Positions 38,815-47,953 of a stretch of 64,000 nucleotides of DNA are shown here, one piece after another (position 1 is the first letter of the stretch; each line of letters begins with the position of its first letter). A program made the translations under genes and the position numbers. The notes under the pieces were generated by a model, which was not told the DNA's origin, made no database searches, and was given only the letters and a program-made list of their open reading frames with translations. This stretch comes from an uncultured bacterium (lineage in GTDB: Bacteria > Verrucomicrobiota > Verrucomicrobiia > Verrucomicrobiales > DEV007). The stretch is taken from contig CAXBMO010000003.1 of NCBI GenBank assembly GCA_963977015.1, positions 384,001 to 448,000 on the forward strand, written 5' to 3'.

Positions 38815-38930
38815 GGGAAAAGAAGAGAGGGAGCCGATCAGCAATGCTACCTCCCCAGAAGCATTAACTCATAGACTCCCTCTCATTGGCCGAGGCCAAA
38901 AACTCAGGCGCGTTGCCGCGTCCTTGAATC
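38815..38930 (-). ncRNA. Candidate small RNA
   Basis: Three hairpins in an intergenic region, a GCAA tetraloop and G-U pairs on the minus strand, a U-rich end, and an upstream TTGACG element. Confidence 0.45.
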
Positions 38931-39129
38931 TACGAGTGTTAAAAAGCGTCGCTCAACCGTCAAGGTGAAAAGTCTTAGATTACAAAAAGATTGTCACAAA
39001 ACATCAGGCCTTGAGCTCTCCCGTTCTTCTAAACGTTGGATTTGTGGTTATTTTCGCTCTTTGAACTGATTATCAGCTCCGGCCCGATCTTGCACGCAAC
39101 CAATTTGTGGCGGAGGGGTTTCTTCTCCA

Positions 39130-39852
39130 ATGACGAGATTTGTTCGACATTCTCTTTTCGCCGTCTCACTGCTGATGGGACTTTCAGGTGCGCCTGGCTA
39201 TGGCCAGGATAATCGCGAAGAACCCCGTTTCCCCAAAGAAAAGGACAAGCCGACGTCCGAACTAAAACTTTCTTCCGAGGACAGGGAGCGCATTCGAGCG
39301 GTATTGGCCGAAGCGTGGAAACGCCCGGAGGTCATTGCCGCCAGGGATGAAGTCCACTCCGCGACCGAAAACTATAAAAAGGCCCTTGAAAAGGCCGTGT
39401 CCGAGATTGATCCAGATGCCGAGGGCTTGATGAAGCGGCTCCATAACGAGAGCAAGATGGAGGCCATGAGGCATCGGCTTCCTCCTCACCCTCGCGGCAC
39501 GGGAAGAGGTATGGGTCCGAAAATACCCAAAGAAGTCGTTGAGCGAATCGCATCGTCAGAACCCGCCTTTCGCGAGATGGATTTTGAGGAGCGAAGACGT
39601 TTTCTGGATATCGCGGAAAAGACCTTCCTAAGTGGCGCGCTGGATGAAGCTTTCGAACAGCTAAAATCCGCTGCAACCCCTGAGGAGAATGGTCGAGCCC
39701 GGAACCAAATTCGCGAAAAACTCATCCGAGAGATGGGAGATCGAGATTCCTGGGCCAAGGAAAAAATCGAGGCAGCACCACCACCTCCCTTTGATGGCGG
39801 AAGGCCTCCTCATCCTTCCCGAAAGGACGAGAAGCGTAAGAATATCGACTAG
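39130..39852 (+). CDS. Hypothetical secreted helical protein
   Basis: Signal peptide; charged helical 240-aa ORF. Confidence 0.6.
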   Translation: MTRFVRHSLFAVSLLMGLSGAPGYGQDNREEPRFPKEKDKPTSELKLSSEDRERIRAVLAEAWKRPEVIAARDEVHSATENYKKALEKAVSEIDPDAEGLMKRLHNESKMEAMRHRLPPHPRGTGRGMGPKIPKEVVERIASSEPAFREMDFEERRRFLDIAEKTFLSGALDEAFEQLKSAATPEENGRARNQIREKLIREMGDRDSWAKEKIEAAPPPPFDGGRPPHPSRKDEKRKNID

Positions 39853-39882
39853 AACCGGGTTCGGCGAACCGCCCGGGATTTT

Positions 39883-40560
39883 CTAGCGCGTTCGACGCTC
39901 GCCGGGCGGATGCTTCTTCGCCAACTCGGCGAGAAAGGCGATCAGATCGACTTCTGACCGCTTCCCGATCGATTTGGCCATTTCGCGCATTTTTGCCCCG
40001 TCAACATCCAGCTCGTGCCCACCACGCTGCCCGGATCGAAACTTATCGAACTGCGCCTGAAGGTACCAATTACTCAGTCCCGTAAGCGGCGGGCTTCGGA
40101 ACACCTTTTCACCATAGCCATTGTAGCGATGGCAAGCGGCGCAATTCTCCATGTAAATGCGTTCACCACTAACCACATCTCCCTCATCATCAATCGGTTC
40201 GATCGGCTTTGCAGGTAGCGCATTGATATAGCGAGCGACCGCCGAGATCTGCGGTTCTTTCAGCGCCAAAGCCATGGCGCGCATTTGAATTCCAAAAGGA
40301 TCGGCCGGATCAACCCCGCGTTTTCCTTCGCGAAACTTTTGCAATTGAATCTCGACATACCAATACGGGAGATGGGCGATCGATGGCGCCATCTTGCTCT
40401 GGTCTCCATGCCCCTCAGGACCATGACAGATGGCGCAGGTGGTCTGGAAGAGAACTTTGGCGTCCGGGTCTTCAGCGTGGATCGTTTCCGCAAGAAAGGT
40501 GAGCAGACTAAGAAGTAGACGCCACGATCTCACGGGGTTCAGACTTTTCGGCAGCCGCAT
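39883..40560 (-). CDS. Diheme cytochrome c (c4/c553-like)
   Basis: CAICH and CAACH heme motifs, APSIA...YVEIQLQKF and Met ligands. Start uncertain; the ORF track extends to 40815. Confidence 0.85.
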   Translation of the reverse strand: MRLPKSLNPVRSWRLLLSLLTFLAETIHAEDPDAKVLFQTTCAICHGPEGHGDQSKMAPSIAHLPYWYVEIQLQKFREGKRGVDPADPFGIQMRAMALALKEPQISAVARYINALPAKPIEPIDDEGDVVSGERIYMENCAACHRYNGYGEKVFRSPPLTGLSNWYLQAQFDKFRSGQRGGHELDVDGAKMREMAKSIGKRSEVDLIAFLAELAKKHPPGERRTR

Positions 40561-42415
40561 TGTCATTCGAAACTGGAGCGTCAACAGCAGTCCCAGTCTC
40601 CGCACTTCTTGCGGTATCCTTGGCAACAGCTGGGAGTGTAAACCCGAACGTGGATCCATTGTTGACCGAAGAGTCAACCCAGATTGATCCATCATGACGT
40701 GCCACAATTCTTTTACAGACGGACAATCCGATCCCGGTTCCCGGAAAAGCCTCCCGCGAATGAAGGCGCTGAAAAATGAGAAAGATTCGTTCCTGATGTT
40801 TGGGGTCGATCCCAATTCCGTTGTCCCTTACCGCAAAACGCCATTTCCCATCGTGTTCCTTCACACCGACGTGAATGGTCAGGGGATCCTCACTTCGAAA
40901 TTTCACGGAGTTGGAAATCAAGTTCTGAAACAACTGGGTGATCTGAACGGGGTCTCCATTCACCAAGGGAAGATCATCGTAGGTAATCTCCGCGCCACCA
41001 CTCTCTTCAATCGCCACTTCCAGGTTCTTCATCGCATTCAGCAGCGCCTCCTTGGTATCAACCGGCTCAAACTTCTTATCCCGAGTACCGACCCTCGCGT
41101 AAAGCAGCAACCCACGAATCAGCGACCTCATCCGCTCGGAACCTTCAATGATGAAGCCAATGTATTCATCCGCCTCATCGCTCACCTTACCTTGGAACCT
41201 TCGAGAGAATAGCTGAACGTAGCTGCTAACGGTTCGAATCGGCTCCTGCAAATCGTGGGAAGCAATGTAGGCAAACTGTTCCAACTCCTCGTTGGAACGA
41301 AGCAGCTCTTCCTCCGCCTTTTTCCGGTTGGTGATATCCGTAATTGAACCCGCCATACGGGTCGGGTTCCCATTTTCGTCCCTGACGGCCAACCCACGCC
41401 CCCGAAACCATTTAAAGGTGCCATCTGCGCAGCGCAATCGGTACTCAACATCATAAGCCTGGCCGGTTTCCAAATGGTTTCTCAACGCTTCCAGGGTAGC
41501 GGCCTTATCCTGGGGATGAATTCGCCCCTGCCAGTTCTCCCAGTCATTGGCCAGTTCATCCGGTTGAAATCCCAGCAATTCCTTAAATCGGGGCGTAAAA
41601 TAGGCCTGGTTGGTTTCGACATCCAAATCCCAAATTCCCTCGTTACTTCCCGCCACAGCCAAGGCAAAACGTTCCTCACTTTCGGCCAACGCAGCATGAG
41701 CGGCACGACTTTCAGCAATTTGAGCTTCCAAATCCCGTGTTCGCTCATCGGAGGTCTGAATTAAAATCGGCCATCGCGCGAGAATGAGAGAAACGAGCAC
41801 AGCGAACGCCAACGCAGCTGCGGGTGCAATCAGTGCCATTTTGCCCAATCGATTGGCTTCGGCAAAAGCCTCTTCCTGATCAAGTCTGACCAGGATCGCC
41901 AAATTCCCCTTCGGAACATACCGGGTCGCAGCCAGCACCCTTTCTCCCGACGGCCCAATCGCTTCCACCGCATTGGTCGGCGAATCATGAACCGCCAAAT
42001 ACATCAGGTCACGATCCAATCCGTCATGAATGGCGATGGCTTGGTCGCTCGCCCCGGCCGGCATCAAATATTGCAGGCCTCCATCCTTCGTTTTCTGCGC
42101 AATAATGGTTTCACCGGTCGTTCCCAGCGCACTGTCACTACGGGTCAGGTGCGCCCATTCTTCTTCCTTGAACTCCAGAACCCGAACCATTTTCTCATCG
42201 CCGAAATTCGTCACCAGCTTCTGTTCCCTCGACTTCTGAGTCAGCAAGTCCTCGACCCGCTGCGCCTGGATATCCGCAAATGCGTTCATTTGCCGATCGA
42301 TCCGCTCACGATGCCCACCGAAAACCAGCGGGTAAAGAAGCACGCAAAAAACCGTTACCGGGATAAACCCCGTCAAAAGCAAGGCGATGATGACCTTGGT
42401 TCGCGGTCTAGACAT
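40508..42415 (-). CDS. Membrane PAS-domain sensor histidine kinase
   Basis: Two TMs, PAS/PAC (GIWD...IHPQD...EYRL), H-box FAYIASHDLQEP, NLISNSVKF, DNGIG and GTGIGL. Confidence 0.92.
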   Translation of the reverse strand: MSRPRTKVIIALLLTGFIPVTVFCVLLYPLVFGGHRERIDRQMNAFADIQAQRVEDLLTQKSREQKLVTNFGDEKMVRVLEFKEEEWAHLTRSDSALGTTGETIIAQKTKDGGLQYLMPAGASDQAIAIHDGLDRDLMYLAVHDSPTNAVEAIGPSGERVLAATRYVPKGNLAILVRLDQEEAFAEANRLGKMALIAPAAALAFAVLVSLILARWPILIQTSDERTRDLEAQIAESRAAHAALAESEERFALAVAGSNEGIWDLDVETNQAYFTPRFKELLGFQPDELANDWENWQGRIHPQDKAATLEALRNHLETGQAYDVEYRLRCADGTFKWFRGRGLAVRDENGNPTRMAGSITDITNRKKAEEELLRSNEELEQFAYIASHDLQEPIRTVSSYVQLFSRRFQGKVSDEADEYIGFIIEGSERMRSLIRGLLLYARVGTRDKKFEPVDTKEALLNAMKNLEVAIEESGGAEITYDDLPLVNGDPVQITQLFQNLISNSVKFRSEDPLTIHVGVKEHDGKWRFAVRDNGIGIDPKHQERIFLIFQRLHSREAFPGTGIGLSVCKRIVARHDGSIWVDSSVNNGSTFGFTLPAVAKDTARSAETGTAVDAPVSNDNAAAEKSEPREIVASTS

Positions 42416-42546
42416 GAAAGTAATTTTAGAACGATCTCGAATCAGAATGATCGAATGATGTGCAACTCGTCGAGCTTAAAGGCCTTATTCCGTAGTTTCC
42501 AGAACAAACGAAGGGGCAGGAACCGAAAAGAATGCCCGGCAGGGCA

Positions 42547-43116
42547 TCATCGCAGCATTTCGTAGAGGGTCCGGTTCGAATCCGTAAGCCATCGAGCATG
42601 TAGATCGAGCAAGGTTTCGTAGCCTTCCAAAGATACGATCGGGTCACCGGCAGCCCAAGTCGGCCCCGAATCCCCTCTCAACAGCGCCCGCACATTCTTA
42701 TCGAGAACAAATTGAAGATAGTCACGAACCAGAGGTTCGACGAGAATTCCCTGCTCGATCCCGCAGGCGATCCCATCGAAAAAGTTCAAAACCGTGACGA
42801 CATGAAATCGATCTGGTGGATCCAGAAGCGAGTAGTCGGTTCCCTGGACCGTCTTGTTGTAAATATGCTTGATGGATTCTCTGAGCTGCGGGTCCGTTTC
42901 ATAACGGCGAACCGCATCAATCGTGGTCTGCCGGACCCGGGCATCTTGAGCGTCACTCAAATGGGCAACCGCTTTCTTCATGTTCTTGGCTAATCCCCCG
43001 AGACTCGAACCGGTTACGATCGCGAGGATCAAAATCGCAACGGCCAGGATACACGTGGCGAGCGCACTGATCCCATCGGGAGTCTGGAGCAGTTCAGAAA
43101 AGTTCATCCCCGCCAT
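42547..43116 (-). CDS. DUF4760-like membrane-anchored protein
   Basis: N-terminal TM; VLNFFDGIACGIEQGIL. Confidence 0.55.
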   Translation of the reverse strand: MAGMNFSELLQTPDGISALATCILAVAILILAIVTGSSLGGLAKNMKKAVAHLSDAQDARVRQTTIDAVRRYETDPQLRESIKHIYNKTVQGTDYSLLDPPDRFHVVTVLNFFDGIACGIEQGILVEPLVRDYLQFVLDKNVRALLRGDSGPTWAAGDPIVSLEGYETLLDLHARWLTDSNRTLYEMLR

Positions 43117-43206
43117 TTCAAGCTACGTGATGGGCGGTTGCAATGAGAATCAGAACTCAATCCACCAACTCAGCCCAAACTTTGGATTGGCAAAAGTCCT
43201 CAATGG

Positions 43207-43560
43207 CTACCAGGGCGTGGCGGGCAATGTCGACGCCATGTAGGCAGACAAGGCACCGAGTGCGACCACGACGATCCAGCCGACCGGTCCTTTGAGAAGC
43301 CCTTTTTTGGCCACAACGACCATGGCCCCCATCGCCAGCCAAATCAGAAGCTTGGTAATAATGGCTCCGTTGAACGGGATCCCCCCTTTGGCAAGAAGGC
43401 CAAAACCACTCACCAAAATCAAGAGCAACCCAATTCCATGAAACATGAGGGCCTGCTTTTTTCCCTGCCCGTTCTTCCCCATCAGAAAGAGTGCACCAAG
43501 GCCGGTAAAAAGGCTCATGATACCGATCAGGTGGAGAAGCTTGTAGAATTGTGGGTCCAT
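43207..43560 (-). CDS. Small 4-TM membrane protein (SirB2-like)
   Basis: YKLLHLIG, HGIGLLLILVSGFGLL and KLLIW. Confidence 0.65.
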   Translation of the reverse strand: MDPQFYKLLHLIGIMSLFTGLGALFLMGKNGQGKKQALMFHGIGLLLILVSGFGLLAKGGIPFNGAIITKLLIWLAMGAMVVVAKKGLLKGPVGWIVVVALGALSAYMASTLPATPW

Positions 43561-43594
43561 TTCGCTGGCAGCTTGGATGCGAACCTCGGGGACG

Positions 43595-44170
43595 TCAACT
43601 TCCCGCCAACTTCTTTGCTTGAGCCTGACTCTCCTCCGATAGCTGGACCAGTTTTACCCGCATCGACTTCCCATCTTCCCGCATCAAGTCGATGCTGGTT
43701 CCATAAAGCCCGACGAATCTTGCTTTAATCACGCTGCCGGCTGCACTCTTCCATTCCAACAGCGGGCGTTCGGCCAAAGGAATGGAGCTCATTGGCTTTG
43801 GCGGATAAATCGCGGCGCCCTCCAGCAACCATTGTCTCACCTTCTCGATCTCCCCTTCGGTCAATCGATCGCCTTTTCCGGGAGGCGGCATCGTGTCGTC
43901 GCTGTTCGGATCTGAAACATGGTCGAGCAAGACACTTTCATCCGGATCCCCAGGTCGCATGGTCGTGTATTTCCCAACATACGTTTCTTCCATGTCCTTC
44001 AAATTGTTAAGGGCGAGACCACCCTTCGCATCCTTGCCGTCTTCGTCCGTATGGCATTTGTTGCACTTTTCCGCGAAAATCGGGAGGATGTCGGTCTGGT
44101 AGTCGAGTGCCGCCAAGTTCGATGCAGCGACTCCCAAAATCGAGAGGGTGAGAAGGGTTTTGGGGATCAT
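43595..44170 (-). CDS. Planctomycete cytochrome c domain protein with C-terminal SHD1-like domain
   Basis: DILPIFAEKCNKCH, KGGLAL, PGDPDES, MPP and WLLEGA, then EWKSAAGSVIKARF...LSEESQ. Start trimmed to ATG 44170. Confidence 0.8.
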   Translation of the reverse strand: MIPKTLLTLSILGVAASNLAALDYQTDILPIFAEKCNKCHTDEDGKDAKGGLALNNLKDMEETYVGKYTTMRPGDPDESVLLDHVSDPNSDDTMPPPGKGDRLTEGEIEKVRQWLLEGAAIYPPKPMSSIPLAERPLLEWKSAAGSVIKARFVGLYGTSIDLMREDGKSMRVKLVQLSEESQAQAKKLAGS

Positions 44171-44210
44171 GAGCGAAAAATGCCCCATCCTGTTGCCTTT
44201 GCAAGTCGAC

Positions 44211-44906
44211 TCACCAGTCCTTCTCCACCGGTTTATACTTCGAGGCTTTCCCTTTTTCGCGGAGTGCTGAATTCTCCACTTCGTGCTGAAGAATATCCTC
44301 CGGCTCCACCATCGGCGGGGGGATGTCCTGGGCATCCAGGTCGATGGAGTTGGACTCGCCACTTTGGGCGGATGGTTCGTTCGCCCCTTCTTCATCGGAC
44401 TCCTCGTATTCCCCCTCCCCTTCGTCTTCGCTCGCTTCACTCTCTCCCTCTTCTCCCGATTCCTCGGAATTCTGTTCTTCGGACTCCTCTCCTTCCTGAT
44501 TCATCTCGTCCTCAATTTGCCGCGAAATTTGATCCAGCCGCACCAGGGTCAGTTCCAAGTTCCAACCAGCATCCCGAAAACCCGGGAACATCTCAAGACA
44601 GGCCCGATAAGCCTTCACCGCCTGCCGGTAATAGGTCAGCGAAGATTGAGGATCGAGCGGCTCATCCGCTTTCGCCTGCAGAAACGATGCATTGGCGGCG
44701 TTGTAGATCGTCATACAACGATGCTCGGACGTCTCCAGCGATTCGGAAGCGCCCATAAACGAAGCAATCGCCATCGCGTAGTTCTTCGCTTCCAATTGTT
44801 CATGTCCACGCTGAAACGCTTTGAAGGGAGATTCAGCTTCGGCGCCGAGGCTTCCCAACAGCCAAAGGCAAACCGACAACACGACTCTGCTGGAAACATC
44901 CGTCAT
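44211..44906 (-). CDS. BatC-like TPR protein with acidic tail
   Basis: YNAANA, DAGWNLEL, Glu-rich linker and C-terminal VEKDW. Confidence 0.75.
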   Translation of the reverse strand: MTDVSSRVVLSVCLWLLGSLGAEAESPFKAFQRGHEQLEAKNYAMAIASFMGASESLETSEHRCMTIYNAANASFLQAKADEPLDPQSSLTYYRQAVKAYRACLEMFPGFRDAGWNLELTLVRLDQISRQIEDEMNQEGEESEEQNSEESGEEGESEASEDEGEGEYEESDEEGANEPSAQSGESNSIDLDAQDIPPPMVEPEDILQHEVENSALREKGKASKYKPVEKDW

Positions 44907-45982
44907 GACCGTGGCTTCAAGAGATTGAACCGGCGCCCGTACTTGGCAAATCGAAGAATCGGCGGGGCAAGCAGCAACAACGCCGCGGCGAGAAATGCGG
45001 GAAAAGTATCTTCCGGACGCATCATCACTTCAGTCTGTCCGGTTCCTGTGGTGCGGAAATGGCGAACCGAGTTTTGATAGATCTCGCCAAGTTGGAGGGC
45101 CTGTGTTCCGGCATGGAGAAACACCCCATGACGGCATGCATCCGACAACTCCTTCAAACTGGCCGCCTCCAGCTTCGTCCAGATTTCCCGATCCTCATGC
45201 ACCACAAAACCGGTGAGGTCACCAGCCTCATCGTATTCCGGAATTCTGGCGCCCTGACGATCATCGCCGACTCCGGCTACGATGAAATAGACACCCAAGT
45301 TTTCGAGCCGCTTCACCGCCTTGGTCGGCTGACTTTCCTGGTCACCGCCATCGCTCACCAGAATGAGATCCTGCATTCCACGCCGGTTGGTGGTGAGCAA
45401 CTTGTCACACGTCTTGTGAATCGCGTCACCAATTCGCGTTCCGCCGATTCTGACCTCACCCAGAGCGACCGTGTAAGGACCGGCCTCCTCCAGCTTGTCG
45501 AAAAAATAGGTGTAATCGGTCGTTAGCGGACAAAGAATCGAGGCGGCCCCCGAAAACACGACGAGCGCAACGCGATCTCCATTGAGGCTCTCGACGCAAT
45601 CTCGAATCGCGATTTTCGCGGCGCCAAGCCGATCCGGAGCGAGGTCCTGAGCCAACATGCTTCGAGAGACATCGAGGAGAAAAACCACATCCCGCCCTTC
45701 GCTGAGAACTTCGACGGGAACCTGTCGCCAGGCAGGGCGCGCCAATGACAGAATAATCAATCCTGCCGCCATCAACACACAGGCAAACTCAAGACGCCGA
45801 TCAAAGATCAGGCCTTGGGATTCACCACGACTCCCGGCAAACTGTGCCAACGCTTCCCGTCGCTTTTTCTCCGCATGAACGAAGAGAAAGCCCGCGGCAG
45901 GCAAGAGCGGAAGCAACAAAAGAGCCACCGGGTTTTGAAACCGCTTGGTGGGTGTAACTCGTTTTCTGGATCGCCAACGCAT
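44903..45982 (-). CDS. BatB-like VWA domain membrane protein
   Basis: LARPAW, LDVSRSMLAQD (MIDAS), GDRVALVVFSG, CPLTTDY and SDGGD. Confidence 0.85.
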   Translation of the reverse strand: MRWRSRKRVTPTKRFQNPVALLLLPLLPAAGFLFVHAEKKRREALAQFAGSRGESQGLIFDRRLEFACVLMAAGLIILSLARPAWRQVPVEVLSEGRDVVFLLDVSRSMLAQDLAPDRLGAAKIAIRDCVESLNGDRVALVVFSGAASILCPLTTDYTYFFDKLEEAGPYTVALGEVRIGGTRIGDAIHKTCDKLLTTNRRGMQDLILVSDGGDQESQPTKAVKRLENLGVYFIVAGVGDDRQGARIPEYDEAGDLTGFVVHEDREIWTKLEAASLKELSDACRHGVFLHAGTQALQLGEIYQNSVRHFRTTGTGQTEVMMRPEDTFPAFLAAALLLLAPPILRFAKYGRRFNLLKPRS

Positions 45983-45988
45983 CGTGCC

Positions 45989-47896
45989 TTAGGTGCCAAC
46001 TCCCAGTTTGGCGAGAATCGATTCCACATCGTAAACACATCCGCCCCAACTTCCACCGCTCGCATTTTGAAGCGCCCCCCACAGCCGGGTGTCGTCAGGG
46101 ACGGCTGGATTGATCTTGAACACCGGATTTCGACTTCGCGACTCCAAGGAATCCTCTCCCACAAAGTTCAATTCTCCCTTGAGGTTGCGGGTATCAATTC
46201 GGATGCGAATCGGATCCCCGTCGCGGAGCTTCCCAATCGGGCCGTCGGCAAGGGCTTCCGGGCTGACGTGGCCAATGCAGGCACCGGTGGACACCCCCGA
46301 GAAACGCGCATCCGTGAGCAAGGCGACATGTTTACCGAACGGCAGATATTTCAGAGCCATGGTCAGTTGGGCGGTTTCCGGCATTCCCGCCCCCACGGGA
46401 CCGATTCCCGCCAACACCAGAACATCGCCCGCTTTGATCTGGTCCGATTTGATCGCAGCGATGGCTTCGGGCTCATTCCCAAACACTTTGGCCGGCCCTT
46501 CGTGAAGAAAAATGCCATTCTCGCCAATCACCGTGGGATCAATCGCCGTGCTTTTGATCAACGCGCCATCGGTTGCCAAATTGCCAGTGAGAAAGGTCGT
46601 CGTGCTCGTCAACCCAGCCTTCTTCGCAGCGGTTGGTGACATGATTACCTCATCCGGATCTATCCCATCCAATTCGTGAAGTTTTTCGCGCAATCGCGTG
46701 CGACGTTCCGAATTTTCCCACCAATCGAGATTCTCTTCCAGGGACTGGGATGCTGCCGTTTTCGCATTGAGCCGGAGAAGCCCCGCGGCCCTCAGGTGCA
46801 ACATGACTTCAGGAACGCCTCCCGCCAAAAAGACCTGAACCGTGGCAAAATGCTGCGGTCCATTCGGCAAAGCGTCAACCAAACGGGGAATTTCCTGATT
46901 CACCTTGGCCCAGTCCTGAACCGTCGGGCGAGGTAATCCCGCCGCGTGAGCGATCGCGGGAAGGTGCATAATCAAATTGGTCGAACCTCCAAACGCAGCA
47001 TGGAGAACCATGGCATTGTGGATCGAGTCTTCCGTCAACACATCTCCCATCGTGGTCCCACTCTTCCGCATGGCCAGCAAAGCCTGGGCGCTGCGAACGG
47101 CCATGTCTTTCCAGATTTCAGCGCCACTTGGGCATAGCGCCGAATGCGGCAAGCTCATCCCGAGAGCCTCGCCGATCACCTGACTTGATGCGGCGGTTCC
47201 CAAAAATTGACATCCGCCACCGGGGGACGAGCACGCTTTGCAACCTTGCTCAGCCGCATGCTCCAGAGTCACGTCGCCATGGGCATAGCGCGAACCGATC
47301 GTCTGCACTTTTGCCAAGTCCTCCGCATCTTCGCTGACGAGGGAAACTCCACCCGGCACCAAAATTCCGGGTAACTTTGAGCTTCCGGCCAACGCCATCA
47401 TCATGGCCGGCAGCCCCTTGTCACAAGTTGCAACCCCCATGACCCCTTTTGCAGTGGGCAGAGACCGAATCTGGCGCCGGAAAATCATCGCCGCATCATT
47501 GCGATACGGGAGCGAATCAAACATTCCGGTCGTTCCCTGGCTGCGCCCGTCACAAGGGTCGCTGCAAAACGCCGCAAACGGTATCCCGCCATGGGTCGCC
47601 AGTTCTCGCGCCGCTTCCGCCATGAGAATCCCAACTTCCCAATGGCCGGTGTGATACCCCAATGCGACAGCTGATCCGTCTTCGCGACGAATTCCGCCCT
47701 GCGTACTCAAGATGACGTAGTCTTCACCCGTCAATTTCCGCGGATCCCATCCCATCCCGACGTTTTGAGTCCACCCAAAGAGGTCACCACTCGGTGCTTT
47801 GGCCAGGAATTCGTCCTTGAAAGGGAGAGAACCGGATGGACCTGGAGCGGAGGTCCGAATGGAGAAAATCTCTTCGTTGGAGGAATCTAAAATCAT
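45989..47896 (-). CDS. YjhG/YagF family sugar-acid (D-xylonate-type) dehydratase, IlvD/Edd superfamily
   Basis: PSGDLFGWTQNVGMGW, ALGYHTGHWE, SDPCDGR, TCDKG, GGGCQFLGTA and TDARFSGVSTG. Confidence 0.9.
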   Translation of the reverse strand: MILDSSNEEIFSIRTSAPGPSGSLPFKDEFLAKAPSGDLFGWTQNVGMGWDPRKLTGEDYVILSTQGGIRREDGSAVALGYHTGHWEVGILMAEAARELATHGGIPFAAFCSDPCDGRSQGTTGMFDSLPYRNDAAMIFRRQIRSLPTAKGVMGVATCDKGLPAMMMALAGSSKLPGILVPGGVSLVSEDAEDLAKVQTIGSRYAHGDVTLEHAAEQGCKACSSPGGGCQFLGTAASSQVIGEALGMSLPHSALCPSGAEIWKDMAVRSAQALLAMRKSGTTMGDVLTEDSIHNAMVLHAAFGGSTNLIMHLPAIAHAAGLPRPTVQDWAKVNQEIPRLVDALPNGPQHFATVQVFLAGGVPEVMLHLRAAGLLRLNAKTAASQSLEENLDWWENSERRTRLREKLHELDGIDPDEVIMSPTAAKKAGLTSTTTFLTGNLATDGALIKSTAIDPTVIGENGIFLHEGPAKVFGNEPEAIAAIKSDQIKAGDVLVLAGIGPVGAGMPETAQLTMALKYLPFGKHVALLTDARFSGVSTGACIGHVSPEALADGPIGKLRDGDPIRIRIDTRNLKGELNFVGEDSLESRSRNPVFKINPAVPDDTRLWGALQNASGGSWGGCVYDVESILAKLGVGT

Positions 47897-47953
47897 GGGG
47901 GCTTCGATGACGAATCGAAGCCTAGCTTTGTCGATCTTCGTTCGCAAGGACGC

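Noticed and set aside
44171-44440. Long N-terminal extension of the cytochrome c ORF in the ORF track
   Set aside because: Overlaps the batC-like gene; the signal peptide begins at ATG 44170.
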